This document shows positions 56,589-64,000 of a DNA stretch of 64,000 nt, piece by piece (the first letter of the stretch is position 1; the number at the start of each line of letters is the position of its first letter). The translations under genes were made by a program, and so were the position numbers. The notes beneath the pieces are model-generated. The model ran no database searches and was not told where the DNA came from. It was given only the letters and a program-made list of their open reading frames with translations. Source of the stretch: Leptospira sp. (GTDB lineage: Bacteria; Spirochaetota; Leptospiria; Leptospirales; Leptospiraceae); NCBI GenBank assembly GCA_034439575.1, contig JAWXAQ010000033.1, forward strand, positions 224,001 through 288,000, written 5' to 3'.

Positions 56589-57200
56589 CATCTGTTCTTT
56601 GGCGCGGCCGATCAATTCAGCTACTGTTTTAGCCGTAAATCTATCTTTTAATCTACCAACATGGTATTCGACAGTTCTTTTAGATAAACCAATATCAGTT
56701 CCAATTTCTTGGTAAGTTTTTCCCTGTCCAAGCAGTGTCAAAATTTGTTTTTCTTTTTTATTGGCGACTTTGCCATCTTGTGGTTTTCGATTAAATGATA
56801 ACTTTAAATTTTTTGAATATACAGTTTTTCCAAGAGCTATATCATTTAGATTTTTTGTCAGACTAGATAAATCATCCGATTTCAAAAGATACCCATCAAC
56901 ACCAGCTTCAATGGCTGAATGAACGATGGCTTGCTCATCTAACATAGTTAATGTGACTACTTTAAGTTTCGGGAATTTTTTTTTCCATTCCTTCACTTGG
57001 TTGAGTACGTTTTCACCAGGGATTCGTAGATCCAATAACATAAAATCTGGATTTTTTTCTGTTAATAGGGCTTCAATTTGCGAAGCGTGTTCCGCTTCTC
57101 CTACGACTTCAAAATCATTAGAGGAATTGACTACGTGTTTGACACCGACTCGTGTGACTGCATGGTCTTCAACTAGAATCACCGTTTTCTTTTGGTCCAT
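56580..57200 (-). CDS. NarL/LuxR-family response regulator
   Basis: VEDH, LDLRIP, GYLLKS receiver; GKTYQEIG..IGLSKRTVEYH HTH. Confidence 0.93.
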   Translation of the reverse strand: MDQKKTVILVEDHAVTRVGVKHVVNSSNDFEVVGEAEHASQIEALLTEKNPDFMLLDLRIPGENVLNQVKEWKKKFPKLKVVTLTMLDEQAIVHSAIEAGVDGYLLKSDDLSSLTKNLNDIALGKTVYSKNLKLSFNRKPQDGKVANKKEKQILTLLGQGKTYQEIGTDIGLSKRTVEYHVGRLKDRFTAKTVAELIGRAKEQMLI

Positions 57201-57416
57201 ACGCTTTCCTCTCCGGATACAGTCTTCAGATTTTACATATCTCCTAGATTTTGTAGAAATTCATAGTACTTCTCCGCTTTATCCAAATAAATTTTTTATG
57301 ACGAAAATAGGAAAATTTTTGGCTTCGGTATTTTCTATGAATAGGGGGACGGATGCTTTTTTCTCTTGCCAAATGGAGAAAAAATCACAATTTCATACGG
57401 AAAACCAGGAGTTTTG

Positions 57417-57887
57417 ATGAATCCCAAAGTCGAGAGCCTTAAAAAAATATATCTCTTCCGCACTCTAAACCAAGATGAAATCTTGCATATCTCTGAAAAA
57501 GTTCAAGATATACACCTTCCTCCTCGCAATGTTCTATATGACATTGGGGAAGAGGCCGCTTCTATGTACATTGTCAAATATGGAACCTTACAAATATCAA
57601 CTGCGACGAACCAAGGAGACGATGTGAACTTAGTCACTTTGGGCGAAGGGGATCATTTTGGAGAATTGCCTTTCTTTGATGAAGAAAGAAGATCAGCGAA
57701 GGTCGAGGCTCTGGAAAATTGTGAACTTTACGAATTGAAATACAATGATTTGCAAGAAATGTTCACCAAAAACAGAGAAATGGAAACTAAATTCTATAAA
57801 GAAGTGACCCATTATTATATCAAAAGACTACGAAAATTGACAAACGATCTAGCGTATGCTCGAGAATTGAGAAAACGATTTGCTTAA
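57417..57887 (+). CDS. Cyclic nucleotide-binding domain protein
   Basis: MYIVKYG, HFGELPF, RRSAKV motifs; no HTH. Confidence 0.88.
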   Translation: MNPKVESLKKIYLFRTLNQDEILHISEKVQDIHLPPRNVLYDIGEEAASMYIVKYGTLQISTATNQGDDVNLVTLGEGDHFGELPFFDEERRSAKVEALENCELYELKYNDLQEMFTKNREMETKFYKEVTHYYIKRLRKLTNDLAYARELRKRFA

Positions 57888-58037
57888 AGAAGCATAAAAA
57901 TTAAGAAATTTTGAAGCATTTATAGCTTTTTGATGCTGATTGTATAAAAAACTCATTCCTTTTGCTGAATCTATTTAATACAGCTAAGGAATGGGCTTGA
58001 CTTACCGATAATCAGTTTAGGCAGGGAGAAGGAATGC

Positions 58038-58265
58038 ATGGTGGACCCCGAAATCCTAACCGAGAAGATCGTTACTCAAAATAAGACCTTTCTCGTGGAT
58101 TTAAAGAAAAACCAAGCTGGCTTTTACCTGAAAGTGTCGGAATGGTCGAATAGCAAAAAGTCTTCGATTTTTCTTCCTGCTGAGGGAATCGATCGAATGA
58201 TCGAAATCTTGTATAAATTCAAAAGCCAAATATCCGATAATGATATTACCAAGGACCCGGTTTAG
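58038..58265 (+). CDS. PUR-domain (BpuR/Pur-alpha-like) nucleic-acid-binding protein
   Basis: EKIVTQNKTFLVDLKKNQAGFYLKVSE...SSIFLP matches the PUR repeat pattern. Confidence 0.75.
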   Translation: MVDPEILTEKIVTQNKTFLVDLKKNQAGFYLKVSEWSNSKKSSIFLPAEGIDRMIEILYKFKSQISDNDITKDPV

Positions 58266-58277
58266 AGCCTTTTAGGA

Positions 58278-59000
58278 GTGAGTTTCATGGGGAAAATAGG
58301 AATGACCAAACTGATGTTAGGCCTCTTCCTTTCAATAGGAATGTTGTATGCGCAGGCGGATGGTCCTGGCGGACAACCAGCGGCAGCTAACGACGAGGAT
58401 AGCCCTCTAAGAAAAATCATCTTGGATGATTTTGAAGAAGCAGAGGATTGGCGAGTAAAATCGACAACTCCGCTCGGAGAGACTAAAACACTTAAGCTCG
58501 TTCAACGTGGGCTTATGAAAGATGTTTTTGATGAAAAAACTGTGCCGGATAACGGTGGAGACAAAATCGAAAAAAATCATATTTTGGGAGTAAAGACATT
58601 CTTTGCTGCAAAAGGATTTGATCGTGTTGAACTCTATCCCCCACATGAATTTGTCATTAAAGGAAAAGTGCGCCAAATCTCGGTTTGGGTTCTCGGTCGT
58701 AAATACCGACACACTTTATTCGCAAAATTCCGTGATTACAAAGATATAACACATAATGTTCGTCTTGGTAAACTAGATTTTTTCGGATGGAGAAAACTGA
58801 CTGCTACTATCCCTGGATACATTCCGCAAAGTACGCGTTATGCATTATTAGATAAAAACTTACATTTCGTATCGTTGTTTGTAACTTCCGATAACCACGA
58901 AGTGGCAGGCGATTTCTATTTCTATGTTGATGATTTGCAAGTTCGTGCAGATCGTTCGGAATCGAAATACCCTGGTTCGGAAATCAAGGACAATTGGTAA
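58278..59000 (+). CDS. flaA2: Flagellar filament sheath protein FlaA (shorter paralog)
   Basis: Signal peptide, LDDFE, ISVWVLG, LDFFGWRKL, YFYVDDL. Confidence 0.85.
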   Translation: MSFMGKIGMTKLMLGLFLSIGMLYAQADGPGGQPAAANDEDSPLRKIILDDFEEAEDWRVKSTTPLGETKTLKLVQRGLMKDVFDEKTVPDNGGDKIEKNHILGVKTFFAAKGFDRVELYPPHEFVIKGKVRQISVWVLGRKYRHTLFAKFRDYKDITHNVRLGKLDFFGWRKLTATIPGYIPQSTRYALLDKNLHFVSLFVTSDNHEVAGDFYFYVDDLQVRADRSESKYPGSEIKDNW

Positions 59001-59021
59001 AAAGGGCATAAGGTATTCATA

Positions 59022-59996
59022 ATGGAAAATAGAAAACTAACAACCCTTGCGCTTGGAACTTTGACTGCGATTGCACTCATTGGTTTTGCCCAAGCACAGT
59101 ATCGAATTACAAATGGAGTCGCCACATCCAATGGAAATGATATCACTTCCATGGAATTAAAGGCGATCACCATTGAGTCTTGGGATGCTCCAGCAGCCTC
59201 AGCCACTTATGGTTGGGAAATGTCTACAGACAAAGACGGCGTAAACAAAGATGGAACAGGCGATATGAAATATGATGAGAATAATAAATATTCTCCAGTA
59301 TTAAATGACCCTGTGAAATCTCCACTTGTTATGCGAGAAGTAAAACTTGTTCCTGGAAAACCGACAGATGTTAAAAACGTAGATCCAGGAAATGCTAAGG
59401 TATTGGGCGTAAAATTCCAATTCACTTACCCTGGTTATAACGTAGTAACAATTCGTCCTCCGAGAACTCCTGAATACGAAGTGACTCGCTCGAGACCTTA
59501 CATTGATGATAGCAACAAAAAGAAATTTGATAAAATTTATGGAATTGAAACTCCAGGAAATGTAAAAGCAATTTCAGTTTGGGTGCTTGGACGTGGTAAC
59601 GAATATAATTTAGAAGGTTGGTTAGAAGATTATAATGGCAATAGCCATATCTTCCAATTCGGATCGCTAGATTTCGTAGGTTGGAGACCTCTTCAGGTAG
59701 ATATCCCTGTTGGAATTCCACAAGAAGCAGGTGCATTCCCAGCGACTCGAAACTTGATATTCAAACAATTCAAAATCAGATCTACACCAACAACTGGTGC
59801 TGAAACTGTTTATCTATTCTTTGATGAATTGAGAGTTCTGTCTGATACTTTCGAAGTTCACTTCGACGGTGCAAATTTGGATTTTGATGAAGAAGATTGT
59901 AAACACAAAATCAAATTGGAACAGATGTTACAAAAATCCGGAGCTATTTCCACTGGAGCGAAAGTTCGCGACTGTGGTGGATCGCAAGGAAAATAA
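59022..59996 (+). CDS. flaA1: Flagellar filament sheath protein FlaA (longer paralog)
   Basis: [31 protein letters not shown]. Confidence 0.85.
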   Translation: MENRKLTTLALGTLTAIALIGFAQAQYRITNGVATSNGNDITSMELKAITIESWDAPAASATYGWEMSTDKDGVNKDGTGDMKYDENNKYSPVLNDPVKSPLVMREVKLVPGKPTDVKNVDPGNAKVLGVKFQFTYPGYNVVTIRPPRTPEYEVTRSRPYIDDSNKKKFDKIYGIETPGNVKAISVWVLGRGNEYNLEGWLEDYNGNSHIFQFGSLDFVGWRPLQVDIPVGIPQEAGAFPATRNLIFKQFKIRSTPTTGAETVYLFFDELRVLSDTFEVHFDGANLDFDEEDCKHKIKLEQMLQKSGAISTGAKVRDCGGSQGK

Positions 59997-60020
59997 TCTA
60001 CACTCCATCATTCCTACCCC

Positions 60021-60050
60021 AATACCCAGCCTTCGTGGCTGGGTATTTTT
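60021..60050 (+). terminator. Rho-independent terminator of flaA operon
   Basis: AATACCCAGCC-TTCGT-GGCTGGGTATTTTT. Confidence 0.88.
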
Positions 60051-60189
60051 ATACTTTACAAGATCAAGTGCTTCCCAAATCCTATCCTTAGGACTGTTCT
60101 TTTTGCGGACTCATCGCTAAAATTTACCGTAACAACGTTTGGAACATTGACCACCCTTTATTGGAAATTCGAAGAGGGAGATTCTTCTC

Positions 60190-62955
60190 ATGCCCGAGAC
60201 TATTACCGAAGACAAATCGAACAAAACAGCAGATTCTGATAAACTCACATCGCTTTTTAACGAAGAAATTTACGTACGCGCAGATGCAAGTTCAGTACCT
60301 GCATCTAAGTTTAAAATTTATGATGATATCATAGATGCATACAAAGCAGAGGGAACACTCCCTCAAGCGAAACAAAAGATAGAGGATCATTTCAAAGAAC
60401 ATCCCGAATCTATTTCTGCGAAATATATGCTGATGATCCTTTCCTTTATGGAAGATCCGATGGGCGATGCCAATTTGGTAAAAAACCTACTCGATTCTTT
60501 CAAAGCTCATGGAAAGTGGACTATCATTGAATACATCACAGACTCCATACTAAAATTTGGTGATCTTATATTGGCACTTCGAGTGAAAGCGGAAGCGCTT
60601 GATAAACTCAAGAAAAACAAAGAACTTAAAGTTGTTTTAGAGAAGTTAGCCGCCAAGGACAAAAAAAATCCTGAGATAGCTAAGAAATATGCTCTTACCA
60701 TTATGGAAGAGGATAAACCTAAAGCTATATCATATCTCAAACAAGCGGCTGAAATTTTTGCGAAAAACAAAGATTATGCGCAAATGGAAGAGATTTGGTC
60801 TATTCTTGTTCAGCACAATTATGAAGATGTTGGATTTTTTGATAAAATCGAACGTATTCTCCTTGGAAATCGCGAAAAGACTAGGCTAGTTGGCTTATTA
60901 TATCCATTAGTTGAGCCTTACAAAGCATTAGAAGATTGGGATCGTGTTATTTATTTTTTAAAGAAAATATTAGAACACGAAGCAGCTTCACAAAAAGCTA
61001 GAAATGAATTAATCAGATCTTACAAACAAAAGTACGCAAATCACTCTCTACTTGAAGATTTTTTGAAAATGAGTGAACTCGGTAACAACCGTAAGCCGGT
61101 AAAAGTTTGTATTACTAACTTCGAAAGAAACATTGTATTTGATACTGATAACTATGTTATGCATAGAAATTGGGGTGTTGGAAAAATTACTTCTATATCT
61201 CAAACAGGTGATTCAATTTTCGTAGATTTCGAAGAAAAGAAAGATCATAAACTATCCATTCAAATGGCGATCACTTCATTGAAACCATTGAAGAAAGATC
61301 ATATTTGGGTTCATAATTATGAAAACAAAGAAGAAGTAAATTCTCTATTCTCAGATAATCTTCCGGAGTTTTTAAAAGAACTCCTTCGTTCGTATGACAA
61401 CCGTATGATGGTTGCTGATATGAAGAACGAATTGATTGGTACATTTTTAAAAGCAGAAGAATGGTCTAAGTGGTGGGCAAAGGTAAAATCGGTTCTGAAA
61501 AAAGAAGCGAACATCGGTATGAATCCAAAGAAAAAGGATGAAATTGTTTACCATGAAAAACCGATCACACACTCAGAAACTCTAACACAAAAATTTCAGG
61601 CAAATGCTGATCTAAATAAAAAATTAGAAATCGCCATGGAAGCAGTTCGTGACGCAGATGAGGCATCAGAAGCGGGCGAATTTTTTATATCGCATTATGT
61701 TGATGAAGAGGCTGCTAAGGATCCGATTCGTCGCCTATCAGCTTACCTTTATTTAAACGAAGCAAGTAAAGCTTGGCCGACAGAAGAGTTCAATCACCAA
61801 ATTCGAGAACCAGAACTTCAAACGATCATTCAATCTTTGAGTAAAGAAGAAGCTCTAAAAACTTCTAAGTCTTTAGAAAACACAGATATCAAAAAAGGAT
61901 TCAAAGATCTAATTCGAAAGTATCATCCAAAAGCCATTGATATATTGGTCGGATTGTTATTTGAAGTTCCAGTCAAAGTGAATCGGTCAGTTTTCCAAAA
62001 TTTGGTTTCAGATGAAAAATTTGCTGAGTTAAACTTATTTATTGAAACTGTATCCAATAAATCTAAAGAACATCCAGAAGTGTTTTTGTGGGTTGCAAAA
62101 TCCATTCTTTCGCACACTTGGAAATTTGATTGGATGAATATTTCAGAAGAGAATCTCGTATTACGCGTGTTCCGTATTCTGAAGCCACTTGCAAAAATTG
62201 AAGATAAAGGTACAAAACTAAAAAACCAAGCCATGGATATTCTCTTTGGCAAAGACAACACACTTCTTCGCGAAACACTTGAACGTGGAGATGATGAGTA
62301 TGTTAGAAAATTGTATGCACTCTTCAGAGAAGTTCCTTATGTTACAGATTTAGAAAAGGACCAACTACTTACCCTTATCAACGAAGTAAAACCTAACATT
62401 GTTTGGGATGAATACGAAGGTGAAGAAGAAGCAGATGATGATCCTTTGGCGAACTTACCTCCAGATGTAGTACTTGTTACACGTCAGGCATTTAACGCTA
62501 AAAAGTTGGATTTCGAACATTTAGTAAATGTGGAAATGGTTGAAAACTCTCGCGATATCGGAGAAGCACAAGAAAAAGGTGACCTTCGTGAGAACGCAGA
62601 ATACAAAGCTGCTATGGAAAAACAAGTTCAATTGCAAGCCGCCATCAAACGTTTGGAAGCAGAATTGAAAAGTGCGCGAATCTTAGATCTTAGTGAAGTG
62701 AAGACTGATAAAGTTGGAATTGGTGCTACAGTAAAATTGAAGAATAAACAGACAAATGAAAATGTCACTTATTCGATACTCGGTGCATGGGATGCTGATA
62801 CAGAAAGAAATATTATTTCTTACAATTCACCATTAGCTAAGTCACTACTTGGAAAAACTGTGGGAAGTGAGGCGACTTTACTTTTCGGCTCAACTGATAC
62901 AGTATACGAAGTATTGGGAATATCACGTTATTCAATGAGTGGACAAGAAGCATAA
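60190..62955 (+). CDS. greA: Transcription elongation factor GreA, long spirochaete form
   Basis: C-terminal GDLRENAEYKAA...IISYNSPLAKSLLG; ~750-aa helical/TPR N-terminal extension. Confidence 0.93.
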   Translation: MPETITEDKSNKTADSDKLTSLFNEEIYVRADASSVPASKFKIYDDIIDAYKAEGTLPQAKQKIEDHFKEHPESISAKYMLMILSFMEDPMGDANLVKNLLDSFKAHGKWTIIEYITDSILKFGDLILALRVKAEALDKLKKNKELKVVLEKLAAKDKKNPEIAKKYALTIMEEDKPKAISYLKQAAEIFAKNKDYAQMEEIWSILVQHNYEDVGFFDKIERILLGNREKTRLVGLLYPLVEPYKALEDWDRVIYFLKKILEHEAASQKARNELIRSYKQKYANHSLLEDFLKMSELGNNRKPVKVCITNFERNIVFDTDNYVMHRNWGVGKITSISQTGDSIFVDFEEKKDHKLSIQMAITSLKPLKKDHIWVHNYENKEEVNSLFSDNLPEFLKELLRSYDNRMMVADMKNELIGTFLKAEEWSKWWAKVKSVLKKEANIGMNPKKKDEIVYHEKPITHSETLTQKFQANADLNKKLEIAMEAVRDADEASEAGEFFISHYVDEEAAKDPIRRLSAYLYLNEASKAWPTEEFNHQIREPELQTIIQSLSKEEALKTSKSLENTDIKKGFKDLIRKYHPKAIDILVGLLFEVPVKVNRSVFQNLVSDEKFAELNLFIETVSNKSKEHPEVFLWVAKSILSHTWKFDWMNISEENLVLRVFRILKPLAKIEDKGTKLKNQAMDILFGKDNTLLRETLERGDDEYVRKLYALFREVPYVTDLEKDQLLTLINEVKPNIVWDEYEGEEEADDDPLANLPPDVVLVTRQAFNAKKLDFEHLVNVEMVENSRDIGEAQEKGDLRENAEYKAAMEKQVQLQAAIKRLEAELKSARILDLSEVKTDKVGIGATVKLKNKQTNENVTYSILGAWDADTERNIISYNSPLAKSLLGKTVGSEATLLFGSTDTVYEVLGISRYSMSGQEA

Positions 62956-64000
62956 GATTCAGATTTCCAACCATTGGTGACTATCAGGTCCAAAAATGGA
63001 TCTGATATATTTCCAGCAAAGTCAAAAGCCCTAACTTCCAAAAGAAGGTAGGGCTTTTCTTTGTACAAACTTTTAGGCAAGGAAATCTTGATCGCAGTGC
63101 GATCTGGATCATACTCATATGGATAAGATTGTCCATCTATCAGGAGTTCTACTGTATTTTTAAATCCAGTTCCAGTATCGCCTAAAACATAATATCTATT
63201 TTCGAAACAATGGTCCCTAATTTGTGGTAACTCAATATGACGAGCAAGGGATGTCATAGGCAAAACATATGGCAAAGCCTGATCCTCTAAGATCATAAGA
63301 TAGCCTAATTTGCTTAGAGAAAATTGTATCGTATCGCCCTTTTTTTTATGTTTGATACTGGAAAATTTTTTAATCGATTCATCCCAAAAATATAAAGCAT
63401 CCTTTGTTGAAACTGGGTTGTCGGAAATTAATTCACCTTGACCTTCGCCTTTCCAGGAAAAACTATTGGCAGTTATGTGGTAAACTTTACTTTTCAAAAT
63501 TAGACCTTTGGGGATATGGAAGGGAAGGGTATCTGGATTATACTCTATTTCTGTAATCGAAACTGCCCCATTTCCGGTGGATTCATTTTTGGAAAGATCG
63601 AAGGAAACTTTATTGTCTTTTGAAATTATTTTTTTGCCAGAATTTGGTTTAACGAATGAATGATCTGAGATCGGAATTTCATTATTGATAAAAAATTTCA
63701 GATAGGATCTATTGCCAGTCGCATCAAAAAGTCCTGCTTCCACTGTGTGTTTGGTGGTGAAATTTTTGTCGGAAAGATTGATGGAATACGATTCTTCTTT
63801 GAGATTGTTTGCCTGATGATAGAGGTGATAAAAATAAATGGGCGGAGATAAGGAAGATCGATTGACATCATAAAATTGGTGTTTTTGCGCATCTTCTTTA
63901 AATGAAAAAGAATCAAATTGGCGTTTGAAAATTTGCACTCCATCTAACGAAAGGTCCATGCCATATACATTGTTTTTGTTTCTTGAACGTATGATATCAT
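62928..64000 (-). CDS. C-terminal part of a probable M23-family peptidase (5'-truncated by window edge)
   Basis: Frame open to the window end (DIIRSRNKNNVYGMDLSLDG...FDSFSF), ending in an Ig-like AFDFAGN module; the catalytic domain is not in the window. Confidence 0.55.
   Translation of the reverse strand, partial: DIIRSRNKNNVYGMDLSLDGVQIFKRQFDSFSFKEDAQKHQFYDVNRSSLSPPIYFYHLYHQANNLKEESYSINLSDKNFTTKHTVEAGLFDATGNRSYLKFFINNEIPISDHSFVKPNSGKKIISKDNKVSFDLSKNESTGNGAVSITEIEYNPDTLPFHIPKGLILKSKVYHITANSFSWKGEGQGELISDNPVSTKDALYFWDESIKKFSSIKHKKKGDTIQFSLSKLGYLMILEDQALPYVLPMTSLARHIELPQIRDHCFENRYYVLGDTGTGFKNTVELLIDGQSYPYEYDPDRTAIKISLPKSLYKEKPYLLLEVRAFDFAGNISDPFLDLIVTNGWKSESYASCPLIE

Overview
AT-rich bacterial chromosomal segment, almost certainly from a Leptospira species. 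The evidence is the spirochaete-type flaA2-flaA1-long greA cluster, a P83/100-family protein, 7TM-DISM sensors and many Cys-lipoproteins; the species cannot be called from the sequence alone. Most of the window is core genome: sucB-lpdA-sucA, serC, rpiB, ilvBN, trxB, xerD, hslVU, a pabB/C fusion, mrp, groESL with CIRCE sites, flaA and greA. Three accessory patches stand out. (1) About 6.7-11.4 kb holds an unannotated PP2C phosphatase pseudogene, a chemoreceptor followed closely by a CarF/TMEM189 (plasmanylethanolamine desaturase-like) gene that keeps the animal/myxobacterial-type histidine set, and a 7-repeat beta-propeller lipoprotein. (2) About 35.8-37.8 kb holds a TetR/hydrolase pair with a clear palindromic operator candidate, lying between xerD-rsbW and hslVU. 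(3) About 47.9-50.2 kb, just downstream of groEL, holds a GC-rich hairpin element and a decaying MepA/M15-like peptidoglycan-peptidase gene coupled to a lipoprotein, resembling a toxin-immunity pair. Other notable items are a degenerate RHH/PIN module, a secreted zinc peptidase flanked by three copies of an unnamed repeat domain, a cryptic GHKL ATPase and a probable ATC start codon for pabB. No rRNA, tRNA, CRISPR array or intact IS element was seen. All calls come from manual motif recognition; no database searches were run.
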